From the IMG/VR virus record IMGVR_UViG_3300045988_038198, positions 1 to 44,806 of that record: a DNA stretch of 44,806 nucleotides; one strand, 5' to 3'. Source of the stretch: a virus. The notes under the pieces are model-generated. The model did no database searches. It was not told the origin of the DNA and was given only the letters and a program-made list of their open reading frames with translations. The position numbers were made by a program, and so were the translations under genes. Positions 33,202 through 41,990 of the stretch are shown here, piece by piece. Numbering within the stretch: the stretch's first letter is position 1; each line of letters opens with the position of its first letter.

Positions 33202-33527
33202 GCGAAGTTGATACTTACATCAAAGAAAATGCAGAAGTTCATCAGTTCGCCGCAGAGGTTGCGAGAATCATATCGGGCATTCCACAGATGCCGGAGTTTT
33301 CAAACGAACGCCTGACAGTATCAGACGTGAGCAAAATGACAGGCATTCCTACACCATCTGTCAGAGCAGGAATCATCTACGGGTGGCTGCCTATCGGTAC
33401 GGCGTATCGTGGGAATAAAGTGATTCACGACAGGAAAGGTTCTGGCAGAATAGAATTTGTTATCTCTCCAAGAAAGCTCTGGGAAGAAACAGGATATGTC
33501 TGGAGAGGGAAAGAAGCATTAAAGTGA
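33198..33527 (+). CDS. DNA-binding protein, excisionase-like HTH (tentative)
   Basis: LTVSDVSKMTGIPTPSVRAGIIYGWLPIG resembles Xis/MerR-type HTH_17. Confidence 0.4.
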   Translation: MSEVDTYIKENAEVHQFAAEVARIISGIPQMPEFSNERLTVSDVSKMTGIPTPSVRAGIIYGWLPIGTAYRGNKVIHDRKGSGRIEFVISPRKLWEETGYVWRGKEALK

Positions 33528-33659
33528 TAGTGCCCCGGAGGGAGCCGAAACCTCCGCCCCGGAGCTTTGCACCAACTAAACCACACTTAGTAGGTACAGG
33601 TTAATTATAACTTCGTATCTGCTAATTGTAAATACCAAAAAAGGAGAAATTAGCACGAT

Positions 33660-33845
33660 ATGAGCAGAAATAGCACAAATAAATGTGAAAACGTTCCGGC
33701 ATGGGACGAACTTGAGTTCATTCTTGCGACAGAAATTGTCGAAGAAAGTAGAAAAAAAGCAAGAAAATGGTTCACGACATGGATTGTGACCGCAGCCGCA
33801 CTGGTAGCAAGCAACCTTGCATGGATTATGGGAGAAATGAGATGA
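33660..33845 (+). CDS. Small membrane protein
   Basis: C-terminal TM helix WFTTWIVTAAALVASNLAWI. Confidence 0.5.
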   Translation: MSRNSTNKCENVPAWDELEFILATEIVEESRKKARKWFTTWIVTAAALVASNLAWIMGEMR

Positions 33846-33973
33846 AAGAGTATGCGCTGATTGCTGTTTGTATGCTTGCCGGGAAATATGTCGATGTGCC
33901 TATCTGGCTGAACATCTTTTTTGGCATCTCGGCAGCATGGGCGGTGCGCCAGATGAAAGCAGACTGGCAGTAG
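33842..33973 (+). CDS. Small membrane protein (43 aa)
   Basis: ATGA overlap with the previous gene. Translates to MKEYALIAVCMLAGKYVDVPIWLNIFFGISAAWAVRQMKADWQ. Confidence 0.45.
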   Translation: MKEYALIAVCMLAGKYVDVPIWLNIFFGISAAWAVRQMKADWQ

Positions 33974-33993
33974 GAAATAAGGAGGATAAAGAA

Positions 33994-34275
33994 ATGTTCG
34001 AGAAAGAAATTGACGAAATTTACGAACTCTGTAAAAGAGTTGCTAATGAAGTTCCGACAGCAAGTGCCACATTCAACTATTCAATTTATGGTATGAGCGT
34101 ATTTGGGCTCAAAAGGAAGGAAGATATTAGCATTCCCAAAGACAAATTTAAATGGGATTTGCACCAAAACGTATCTTTTAATCCATTTTACGAGAAAGAA
34201 AGCCGTGAAAAGCTTAATAAAATCAAATCATTCTTGCTGGAACTTCTGATAGATGGGAAGTGTCCAAATGAGTAA
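33994..34275 (+). CDS. Hypothetical protein
   Basis: AAGGAGG RBS lies before the ATG at 33994. ORF-track ORF was trimmed. Confidence 0.6.
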   Translation: MFEKEIDEIYELCKRVANEVPTASATFNYSIYGMSVFGLKRKEDISIPKDKFKWDLHQNVSFNPFYEKESREKLNKIKSFLLELLIDGKCPNE

Positions 34276-34492
34276 ACAGATAGCAATTATGAAACTTCTT
34301 CCCAGTCTGGAGATAGCAGGATGTATCAATGAACTTCTCAGAGAGCTTCAGTCCAGAGGGGATCACGTATTGGATTATGAAAACTGCGATATGTCACTGG
34401 ACCATATCGAATACCACAAAGCCGAAGATATCGACGGAGAAAAGTTCGGAGATGCATCAGATAACCTTTATTGTTTCTTTAAGGTGGTGTAA
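34268..34492 (+). CDS. Hypothetical protein
   Basis: ATG at 34268 overlaps the previous stop. Confidence 0.55.
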   Translation: MSKQIAIMKLLPSLEIAGCINELLRELQSRGDHVLDYENCDMSLDHIEYHKAEDIDGEKFGDASDNLYCFFKVV

Positions 34493-34494
34493 GT

Positions 34495-34671
34495 ATGGAT
34501 GAACGCATTCAGGAAGTATTGAGATTAATCGACATACAGCTTGCTACAGTGCCTGATAATCCAATTGAAGAGCAGTATAAGGCAAGAACATTGGCGAGCT
34601 ATGTACAGGCTCTAAATGGGCTTTTAGCGGCTCAGAAATCAACTAAGGAGGGTAACAATGGAAAAGTTTGA
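34495..34671 (+). CDS. Hypothetical protein (58 aa)
   Basis: Hand translation gives MDERIQEVLRLIDIQLATVPDNPIEEQYKARTLASYVQALNGLLAAQKSTKEGNNGKV. Confidence 0.45.
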   Translation: MDERIQEVLRLIDIQLATVPDNPIEEQYKARTLASYVQALNGLLAAQKSTKEGNNGKV

Positions 34672-34858
34672 AATCCGTATTCCGGCTAAAAAGAAGAAAA
34701 CAATCAGTGAAAAGGAGAATCCGGTTGTGAAGATTACTTCAGAAGCATACAACACACTGGTTGAAATCTATAACGAATCAACTATATCTATGAAAGACAT
34801 TGCAAGTTTACTGATTGTAGAAGCCAGTAAGTGCGTGGTCTATGACAAGGGGGATTGA
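34658..34858 (+). CDS. Hypothetical protein
   Basis: AAGGAGGG RBS; 66 aa. Confidence 0.55.
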   Translation: MEKFEIRIPAKKKKTISEKENPVVKITSEAYNTLVEIYNESTISMKDIASLLIVEASKCVVYDKGD

Positions 34859-35493
34859 AATTGAATATCTATGAAAAATTAGGAGTTATTCAGTCAAAGC
34901 TGAAAGCCCCAAAAGGGCAGTATAACTCATTTGGGAAATATAAATACAGAAGCTGTGAGGACATTCTTGAAGCAGTAAAGCCGCTTCTGGCAGAAACAAA
35001 GACAGTATTATGTATCACTGATCAGATGGAAGTGGTCAGGGACAGAATCTATGTAAGAGCAGAAACGCATTTAAAAGATGCAGAGGATTCTTCTTCTGAA
35101 ATCGTAACAATTGCTTATGCAAGGGAAGAAGAGTCAAAAAAAGGCATGGATTCTTCCCAGGTTACAGGCGCAGCGTCATCTTATGCAAGAAAGTACGCAC
35201 TGAATGGTTTGTTCTGCATTGATGACAACAAAGACAGTGATTCTACTAATACAGGTAGCAGCGGGAAAACAGCAGCTAAAAAGCCAGAATCAAAAGAACC
35301 TGTTGAGATGATTACTTCAGAAAATGTAATGAGCATCCAGAACATCATTGACAAATATCCGAATTCTAACTTGTTTGAACAGATTAAAACTCGTTTCAAG
35401 GTAGACGATGTGAAAGGACTCACAAAAGAAAAAGGGCAAAAATGTCTCAAAATGTTGATTGAGTACGATAAACAGCATAGTGGAAAGGAATAA
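34855..35493 (+). CDS. erf: ERF-family single-strand annealing protein
   Basis: Contains IYEKLGVIQSKLKAPKGQYNSFGKYKYRSCEDILEAVKPLL and GAASSYARKYALNGLF. TTG start at 34855 or 34861. Confidence 0.75.
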   Translation: MKLNIYEKLGVIQSKLKAPKGQYNSFGKYKYRSCEDILEAVKPLLAETKTVLCITDQMEVVRDRIYVRAETHLKDAEDSSSEIVTIAYAREEESKKGMDSSQVTGAASSYARKYALNGLFCIDDNKDSDSTNTGSSGKTAAKKPESKEPVEMITSENVMSIQNIIDKYPNSNLFEQIKTRFKVDDVKGLTKEKGQKCLKMLIEYDKQHSGKE

Positions 35494-35496
35494 AAA

Positions 35497-35919
35497 ATGA
35501 ACAAAGTTATTCTTGCAGGACGATTTACAAGAGATCCAGAAGTCAGATATACAAATGATGGAACATCAATCGCAAGATTTTCCATTGCAGTCAATAGAAG
35601 ATTTGTAAAAGAGGGTTCTGATCAGAAAGCAGACTTCCTTAATTGTGTTGCATTTGGAAAGTCTGCGGAGTTTATTGAAAAATATTTCACAAAAGGCATG
35701 AAAGCAGATTTATCTGGAAGAATTCAGACAGGAACCTATACGAATAAAGACGGCGTGAAGGTATATAAAACAGATATTGTTGTCGAGGAAATCGAATTCG
35801 GCGAAAGTAAAGGTTCTTCACAGGCACAGACAGCATCGCCTACACCAAATCCAGAAGCCGACCCGGACGGCTTTATGAGCATTCCTGATGGTATCGACGA
35901 GGAGATGCCATTTAATTGA
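35497..35919 (+). CDS. ssb: Single-stranded DNA-binding protein
   Basis: OB-fold N-terminus MNKVILAGRFTRDPEVRYT and an acidic tail ending DEEMPF. Confidence 0.9.
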   Translation: MNKVILAGRFTRDPEVRYTNDGTSIARFSIAVNRRFVKEGSDQKADFLNCVAFGKSAEFIEKYFTKGMKADLSGRIQTGTYTNKDGVKVYKTDIVVEEIEFGESKGSSQAQTASPTPNPEADPDGFMSIPDGIDEEMPFN

Positions 35920-36404
35920 TACAGATTGATAGCAGAGAACATCAGAAAGTTATTGATGGCATTAAAAAGGCATTTGACGAGGCAGGGGAAAAATGGTTCG
36001 TGTCAAAGCTGTATGTGGGTGATTACATGAATTATGATAACCCGCGTTTGGTAGTTGATAGAAAGCAGAACCTTGCAGAGTTATGCGGAAATGTATGCCA
36101 GCAGCATGAAAGATTCCGATCTGAAATTATCCGGGCAAATGAAGCAGGAATAAAACTTGTCTTCTTATGCGAACACGGGAAAGGAATCGAAAAGCTGGAC
36201 GATGTTCTCTGGTGGGAGAATCCCAGGGCGAAGAAAAGAGTTAAAGAGAATGGCATCTGGGTAGAGCAGGAACAGAAAGTTATGCATGGAGATGTCTTAT
36301 ATAAGATTCTTTGCACGATGCAACGCAAGTATGGTGTTGAATTTCTGTTTTGCGACAAGAAAGACACTGGCAAAAGAATTTTGGAGATTCTGTCAAATGA
36401 ATAA
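35916..36404 (+). CDS. ERCC4/XPF-like nuclease (junction-resolving type)
   Basis: Contains IDSREH ... VGDY ... VVDRKQNLAEL. Confidence 0.5.
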   Translation: MIQIDSREHQKVIDGIKKAFDEAGEKWFVSKLYVGDYMNYDNPRLVVDRKQNLAELCGNVCQQHERFRSEIIRANEAGIKLVFLCEHGKGIEKLDDVLWWENPRAKKRVKENGIWVEQEQKVMHGDVLYKILCTMQRKYGVEFLFCDKKDTGKRILEILSNE

Positions 36405-36888
36405 AGAAACAATTAAACAACAGAATAGCATGAGGGACGTTCTAAGCAGATATGGCATGGTTCCAAACAGAGCAGGATTCGTTCGGTGCCCATTTCATCC
36501 GAAAGATCGTACTGCATCCATGAAAATCTACAAAGACAGCTATTATTGTTTCGGTTGTGGTGCAACAGGTGACATATTTACATTCGTTCAGAACATGGAT
36601 AATTGCGATTTTAAGACAGCTTTTGTCATACTTGGGGGAACTTACCAGAAACCGAACTTCTCTTCCAGAATGGCAATATATCACCATCAGAAACAGATGG
36701 AAATGCGGCAGAAGGAAGAACAGAAGAAAAAGGTTGAGCTGCAAGAATGCTTGTCGGATATAGATTTCTACAGAGCTATCCTTGGCAGAGTGAAACCATT
36801 ATCTGACGGATGGTGTGAAGCATGGAACAGGTTGCAACTTGCGCTATATCATCATGGATTCATAACAGGACTGGAAGAAGGTGATTAA
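36397..36888 (+). CDS. Stand-alone CHC2 (DnaG-type) zinc-finger protein
   Basis: Contains FVRCPFHPKDRTASMKIYKDSYYCFGCGATGDIFTFV. ATG at 36397 overlaps the previous gene. Confidence 0.7.
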   Translation: MNKETIKQQNSMRDVLSRYGMVPNRAGFVRCPFHPKDRTASMKIYKDSYYCFGCGATGDIFTFVQNMDNCDFKTAFVILGGTYQKPNFSSRMAIYHHQKQMEMRQKEEQKKKVELQECLSDIDFYRAILGRVKPLSDGWCEAWNRLQLALYHHGFITGLEEGD

Positions 36889-36890
36889 AA

Positions 36891-38792
36891 GTGGAAATGA
36901 TAAACAAGCTCACGAAGGATTCTATTCTGGACGAAGAAGTGTTTGACGAGATATTCAGCCAGGAAGACGAGATATACAAGGCACGTCTTACACTGACTCT
37001 TCTGGACAGAGCCAAGGAGCTTGGCGTGAAGAAAAAATTTGAAGATTTGCTGAAGGCTTACACGAAAGTGCAGAAGCAGATGATCGAGAAAGAGAAAAAC
37101 AATAGAACAGTGTCTATGCTGGACCAGTGGACTAATTTCTCCGATTGTGAATATGACAGAATGAAATGTCTTAACTGGATAGCAGATGATGACGGAATCA
37201 GAATATCAAACACAAATCCAGGATCACCGGACATTATAGCCTGTTATCATCCTATTCTTCCGATTGAACGAATGAAGAATCTGGAGACTGGGGAAGAACA
37301 GATAAAGTTAATCTATAAGAGGAATAATAAATGGTCCGAGGTTATTGTGCCAAAAACCATGGTTGCATCAGCCAGTAAAATTGTTGGTTTATCCGCGCTT
37401 GGCATTTCAGTGACTTCTGAGAATGCGAAGTTCCTTGTCCGATATCTGTCAGATGTAGAAAATGCCAATGATGATTATATCAACATCCAATATTCCTCTA
37501 GTAAAATCGGGTGGATCCGAGATTATTTCCTGCCTTACGACAAGGATATCGTATTTGATGGCGATATGAGATTTCGGCAGTTATACGAAAGTATCAGTGT
37601 AGGTGGCAGCAGAGTAGAGTGGTATGAACATGTAAAAAAGGTTCGCGCTACTGGAAGAATTGAACCAAAAATCATGTTGGCTGCAAGCTTCGCCAGTATT
37701 CTGATCAAACTGGTCGGTGCTCTTCCATTCTTTGTAGACCTCTGGGGAGAAACTGAGGGTGGTAAGACTGTGACGCTTATGTTAGGAGCTTCCGTCTGGG
37801 CGAATCCGGGTGAATCACGATACATAGGAGACTTCAAGACAACAGATGTGGCTCTGGAAGCAAAGTCTGATATGCTCAACAACTTACCGCTGATCCTGGA
37901 CGATACTTCCAAAGTGTCGGCTAAAATCCGGGATAATTTCGAAGGAATTGTATATGACCTGTGTTCTGGAAAAGGAAAGAGCCGTTCCAACAAGGAGCTG
38001 GGTGTTAATCGGGAGAATCGCTGGCAGAATTGTATCCTTACTAACGGTGAACGTCCACTGGCCGGGTATGTCAGCCAGGGCGGAGCGATTAACCGAATCA
38101 TCGAGGTTGAGTGTTCTGAGAAAATATTTGATGATCCGCAGCTTACCGCAGATACGCTTAAAAAGAACTACGGGTACGCAGGAATTGATTTTGTGAATGT
38201 AGTTAAGGAAATGTCCATTGACGATATAAAAGCCATGCAGAAGCATTTTCAGAGTCTTATACAGGATGATGATAAAATGCAGAAGCAGAGTATATCAATG
38301 AGTATTATCCTGGTAGCAGATAAAATCGCAACAGATCAGCTGTTCCATGATGGCCAGTACATTGACATTGAGACGGCTAAGAATCTTCTGACAGAGAAAG
38401 AAATGGTATCTGAAAACGAACGCGCTTACTGGTTCGTGCTTGATAAGATTGCCATGAACGGAATTAAATTCGATGATAACCCAGATATAAAAACAGAAAG
38501 GTGGGGAATTATCGACAATGATCCGGTAAAAAAAACGTCAACTGCAATAATCTATAGCGCAGCGTTTGATGATTTATGCAAAATCGGAAGATTCTCCAGA
38601 AAAGCATTTTTGTCATGGGCTGTCAAGAAAGGACTTGTGGAAACCGACAGCAGAGGATATCCGACCAAAGCAAAAAAACTTGACGGAATTGTCACCAAAT
38701 GTGTGTTCTTGAAAATTGTAGATGAAATTCCAAAAGGTTTTGTGAATTGTAATGATGATTTTGAGATTACAGACGATATTGTGTTTGATTAA
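36891..38792 (+). CDS. Replicative helicase-type NTPase (DUF927/P4-like); N-terminal ~250 aa unassigned
   Basis: Walker A GETEGGKT and Walker B LPLILDD. Contains LCSGKGKSRS...RWQNCILTNGERPL. Confidence 0.7.
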   Translation: MEMINKLTKDSILDEEVFDEIFSQEDEIYKARLTLTLLDRAKELGVKKKFEDLLKAYTKVQKQMIEKEKNNRTVSMLDQWTNFSDCEYDRMKCLNWIADDDGIRISNTNPGSPDIIACYHPILPIERMKNLETGEEQIKLIYKRNNKWSEVIVPKTMVASASKIVGLSALGISVTSENAKFLVRYLSDVENANDDYINIQYSSSKIGWIRDYFLPYDKDIVFDGDMRFRQLYESISVGGSRVEWYEHVKKVRATGRIEPKIMLAASFASILIKLVGALPFFVDLWGETEGGKTVTLMLGASVWANPGESRYIGDFKTTDVALEAKSDMLNNLPLILDDTSKVSAKIRDNFEGIVYDLCSGKGKSRSNKELGVNRENRWQNCILTNGERPLAGYVSQGGAINRIIEVECSEKIFDDPQLTADTLKKNYGYAGIDFVNVVKEMSIDDIKAMQKHFQSLIQDDDKMQKQSISMSIILVADKIATDQLFHDGQYIDIETAKNLLTEKEMVSENERAYWFVLDKIAMNGIKFDDNPDIKTERWGIIDNDPVKKTSTAIIYSAAFDDLCKIGRFSRKAFLSWAVKKGLVETDSRGYPTKAKKLDGIVTKCVFLKIVDEIPKGFVNCNDDFEITDDIVFD

Positions 38793-38810
38793 CAAACAAT
38801 TCGTCCAAAA

Positions 38811-38834
38811 GGTAACCGGGTAACCTAGGTAACC
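38811..38834. repeat. Origin iterons, left array: GGTAACC x3 (starts 38811, 38819, 38828)
   Basis: Read directly. Confidence 0.8.
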
Positions 38835-38911
38835 TTTGATTCTGCATATATATATTTGAGTATTTATATGCACATATTGAGTATAAAAGTTTCCCTATAT
38901 GAAAAAGTCAG

Positions 38912-38996
38912 GGTTACTCGGTTACTCGGTTACCTACCTGTAAAATCAATGGTTTACACGAATTAGTACGGTTACATCTCGGTTACTGTGGGTTAC
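38912..38996. repeat. Origin iterons, right array: GGTTAC x6 (38912, 38920, 38928, 38970, 38981, 38991) plus degenerate GGTTTAC at 38951
   Basis: Read directly. Orientation is inverted relative to the left array. An AT-rich core lies at 38835..38911. Confidence 0.8.
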
Positions 38997-39050
38997 TTAT
39001 ATTAAAATAATATAAATATATTATATTTATAAAATAAAATTAAATAGAAC

Positions 39051-39070
39051 GTATACAGTATATTGTATAC
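39051..39070. promoter_or_regulatory. Inverted repeat GTATACA-gtatat-TGTATAC upstream of 39085
   Basis: Read directly within an AT-rich spacer. Confidence 0.5.
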
Positions 39071-39084
39071 AATATTCAAAGGAG

Positions 39085-39351
39085 ATGATAAAAATAAAAG
39101 TAGAAGCAAAGGATATTCCGTATATTCAAAGATTTATGACTGAATTTTGGAAAACTATAAAAGATTTCTATTCAGCCGAACTTACAGACGAATATTCTAA
39201 GCAGGCCACTGATCGTCTGATAGAACTTGGAGAGTATGCGGAAATGTGTCCTGATGATAATGATAAACAGTTTATTAAGAATTGTCTAGTTGCTTTTAAT
39301 AAATTATTAGATTCTAAGCAGAGGGAAGTGAGAAAGAATGTACAACACTAA
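39085..39351 (+). CDS. Hypothetical protein
   Basis: AAAGGAG RBS; 88 aa. Confidence 0.6.
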   Translation: MIKIKVEAKDIPYIQRFMTEFWKTIKDFYSAELTDEYSKQATDRLIELGEYAEMCPDDNDKQFIKNCLVAFNKLLDSKQREVRKNVQH

Positions 39352-39604
39352 GAATAAATACGAGCAGGGACAGGCTCTTAGAAAAGAAATCTATATGTAT
39401 ATCGTCAGTTATATCAAATTGGTTGGATATGCACCGTCAATTACAGAGATTTCTGAAAAGGTAGATGCCGGGAGAGCTACGGTCTGGAAACATATCAATC
39501 AGTTGATTGATGATGACCTGCTCAGAACAAACCACCCCAGTACTGACAGAGCATATACTCCAGTTGGGTACGGAATAAGAAAGATAAGCAAGGAGATAAA
39601 ATGA
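39338..39604 (+). CDS. Winged-helix (LexA-DNA-binding/MarR-like) regulator
   Basis: Contains GYAPSITEISEKVDAGRATVWKHINQLIDDDLL. Confidence 0.55.
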   Translation: MYNTKNKYEQGQALRKEIYMYIVSYIKLVGYAPSITEISEKVDAGRATVWKHINQLIDDDLLRTNHPSTDRAYTPVGYGIRKISKEIK

Positions 39605-39858
39605 AACTTTATGACATTGTTACAGCAGATGGTACATTCGTCGACAGTATGAGCAGAATAGAGATTTTGGAACGGTTCGGGATTTCTAAAGGAGTCTTTC
39701 AAAGATATCTGGATAATGGCGATCTGCTAGAAGGGAAATACCAAATAAATGATTATGGCTGTGACATAAAAGCAAGGAAATGTAAGGACAGGGAATTATT
39801 CTTACAGTTTGACATTCTGACTCAGAAGATAAGGAGGGCTGTCGGATGGGAAAGTTAA
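39601..39858 (+). CDS. Hypothetical protein
   Basis: ATGA coupling to the previous gene. Confidence 0.55.
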   Translation: MKLYDIVTADGTFVDSMSRIEILERFGISKGVFQRYLDNGDLLEGKYQINDYGCDIKARKCKDRELFLQFDILTQKIRRAVGWES

Positions 39859-40226
39859 AAATCAAGCAGAAAAATAAAGCATTCATTCCGTATACGAATC
39901 AGCAGGCTCATATGTTTGCGCAGTCTATCCAGAACTGCCAGAAAGAGTTTAAGGAAATGGAAAAGAAAGCCTATGAAGATGGTTTTACCGTTGGTGAGGA
40001 TTGGAGCAATACAATCAACACCGTTACAACAATGATGGCTCTGAGACGCTTATATGGCTTTTCCACGAAGCGATTGCTTGATGTGATTAGAACTGCCAAT
40101 GAGTACGTTAAAATGGCAAACAGGGGCGAAATGAGCGTTCTGAGCATGATGCAGGACATTGAAAAGAACACAGATGTAAGATTCGATGAGATGAATAAGA
40201 ATCTGGTTAAAAAAATGGGAGTTTGA
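39846..40226 (+). CDS. Hypothetical protein
   Basis: Overlaps the previous gene; 126 aa. Confidence 0.55.
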   Translation: MGKLKIKQKNKAFIPYTNQQAHMFAQSIQNCQKEFKEMEKKAYEDGFTVGEDWSNTINTVTTMMALRRLYGFSTKRLLDVIRTANEYVKMANRGEMSVLSMMQDIEKNTDVRFDEMNKNLVKKMGV

Positions 40227-40242
40227 CAAGGAGCTGAATTAA

Positions 40243-40440
40243 ATGAATAGAATTCGTACTCTGAGGGAAGCAAGCAGTATGTCTCAAAAAGAATTGGCGA
40301 GCGCAATAGGAGTGCCACAGTCTTTGGTGAGCTATTGGGAAAGAGAAAAGAGAACTCCATCAGTGATTAACGCGCAAAAACTTGCTGATTTTTTTGGAGT
40401 GGAAATAAAAGATATATTCGCAGAAAAGACTGCACAATAG
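40243..40440 (+). CDS. XRE-family HTH protein
   Basis: Contains MSQKELASAIGVPQSLVSYWEREKRTPSVINAQKLADFFGV. Confidence 0.7.
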   Translation: MNRIRTLREASSMSQKELASAIGVPQSLVSYWEREKRTPSVINAQKLADFFGVEIKDIFAEKTAQ

Positions 40441-40478
40441 CGCGTCAGTTGCTTACATGGGGAAAGTGAGGATAGAAA

Positions 40479-40766
40479 ATGAAATTCAAAAGTAATGCCA
40501 AGTATAACGAAAAACCTGAAACCGGAAGTATTTTCGCCTTGGAATACAATTCTTTAAAAATCGTTATTCACAAATACGTCGGTTACGGAAATGTACTGTT
40601 TCTCAACTGTAGCGCATTGGATATTTACAACCACAATCTCGGAACAGAGAATTTCGAGGAAGCTGTCAGTAAAGCGAAGGAAGTTATCATACGTGAAGTT
40701 AAGAAAGTCAGAGATGATTCATACAGATTTTACAGTGATAACAATATTGAGATTGTCAGATGTTAG
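40479..40766 (+). CDS. Hypothetical protein
   Basis: GTGAGGA RBS; 95 aa. Confidence 0.55.
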   Translation: MKFKSNAKYNEKPETGSIFALEYNSLKIVIHKYVGYGNVLFLNCSALDIYNHNLGTENFEEAVSKAKEVIIREVKKVRDDSYRFYSDNNIEIVRC

Positions 40767-40777
40767 GAGGACGCAAA

Positions 40778-41053
40778 ATGTTAATCAGAAGTCAGAACAA
40801 AAAGTATCTTGTAAGCACTAACAATATCACCTTTTATGTAATGGATAGCGAAGTTATCTGCTTTGGTATATCTGGTATTGAAGATAGCGACTATATAATT
40901 CTTGGACATTACGAAACGGAAGCAAAAGCCATGAAAGTACTGGATATGATTCAGGAAGCTTATTGTAAATTTATGTCGGTAAAAAACGATGATGCTTGGG
41001 GCGGAAAAGAATCCGTGTTTTATATGCCAGCGGATAGCGAGGTGGAAGCATGA
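40778..41053 (+). CDS. Hypothetical protein
   Basis: TAGGAGG RBS lies before the ATG at 40778. Confidence 0.55.
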   Translation: MLIRSQNKKYLVSTNNITFYVMDSEVICFGISGIEDSDYIILGHYETEAKAMKVLDMIQEAYCKFMSVKNDDAWGGKESVFYMPADSEVEA

Positions 41054-41343
41054 GATACAGAAAGAAGCCGGTTGTAATTGACGCACTTCAGTGGACTGGT
41101 GCAAATCATCGAGAAATGTTCGATTTTCTGACGGACTATCAGTGTACGGACCAGTACATGTCGGCAGAAGGTAAGAATTTCTATATTGACCATTGGAAGG
41201 TTCCGGGTGGATTGGTTATTAGGACATTAGAGGGCGAACATCTGGCGAATATTGGTGATTATATTATCAGAGGTGTTCACGGTGAGTTTTATCCGTGTAA
41301 GCCAGATATATTCAGAGAAACTTATGAGGAGGTGGAAGAATGA
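41050..41343 (+). CDS. Hypothetical protein
   Basis: ATGA coupling; 97 aa. Confidence 0.55.
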   Translation: MRYRKKPVVIDALQWTGANHREMFDFLTDYQCTDQYMSAEGKNFYIDHWKVPGGLVIRTLEGEHLANIGDYIIRGVHGEFYPCKPDIFRETYEEVEE

Positions 41344-41660
41344 GCCATATCAAAGACAGATTAAAGCAGTACGCGGATAAATATTCGGACTGCTACAAAT
41401 ACGCTGGGCTGCATGTCAAAGTTGTTCAAGATATGATTGAACAGCTTCAAGATGATCTGGAACAGGACGAGAAAGAAAATGGTTGGGTTCCGGTCAGTGA
41501 GAGACTGCCGTAAGGTGATACGACGGTTCTTGTATCATGCAAGACCAGAAGGGGAACAACATTCGTTCGCACTGGGTATTGTATAGGCGGTTCGTGGCAT
41601 TTAAACTGTGAAGGCGTCACGGCATGGCAGCCTCTTCCGAAACCATACAAGGAGGATTAA
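41340..41660 (+). CDS. DUF551-like protein whose ORF is interrupted by an in-frame TAA at 41511..41513
   Basis: Triplet reading gives ...ENGWVPVSERLP*GDTTVLVSCKTRRGTTFVRTGYCIGGSWHLNCEGVTAWQPLPKPYKED*. The W-x-P-V-x-E-x-LP ... T-x-W-x-PLP pattern spans the stop. Confidence 0.5.
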
Positions 41661-41662
41661 AC

Positions 41663-41851
41663 ATGGAAATGTCAATTTTCAAAAAGGATGACAAAACCTA
41701 CACCAGATTCAAGATCACGCTAAAAGAGTTTAAATCTTGGCAGGCTTTACTCGAGATAAAGTATTGTATTGATACATCAGAGCCGGTCAAGAAAAACAGC
41801 AGATACATTTATTTCGAGAAAGAGGGAGACTGGATTAATGGGAAGATGTAA
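41663..41851 (+). CDS. Hypothetical protein
   Basis: AAGGAGG RBS lies before the ATG at 41663. Confidence 0.55.
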   Translation: MEMSIFKKDDKTYTRFKITLKEFKSWQALLEIKYCIDTSEPVKKNSRYIYFEKEGDWINGKM

Positions 41852-41990
41852 ATTAGAGTGTCCGGACGGTGAAACAGAGTGCTGCATTTGCTGCGAGAAA
41901 CAAGGCGGTTGCGATAACCGGTGCAACATGATGGATGATTACGAATACGCTGAAGATTGCGAAGATTATATCAAGGAGGAAGAAGCATGA
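41838..41990 (+). CDS. Cys-rich small protein (50 aa)
   Basis: Translates to MGRCKLECPDGETECCICCEKQGGCDNRCNMMDDYEYAEDCEDYIKEEEA. Confidence 0.5.
   Translation: MGRCKLECPDGETECCICCEKQGGCDNRCNMMDDYEYAEDCEDYIKEEEA

Noticed and set aside
33532-33564. The direct repeat GCCCCGGAG x2 with hairpin CGGAGG-N9-CCTCCG after gene 33198..33527 as a riboswitch or attenuator
   Set aside because: There is only a 6-bp GC stem with no U-tract and no conserved flanking structure. It could be a simple mRNA-stabilising hairpin, and the evidence is too thin for a specific claim.
38811-38996. The GGTAACC/GGTTAC repeats as a CRISPR array
   Set aside because: The units are 6-7 bp at 8-11 bp spacing, in two inverted blocks around an AT-rich core. 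There are no 25-40 bp repeats with unique spacers and no cas genes. An iteron origin fits better.
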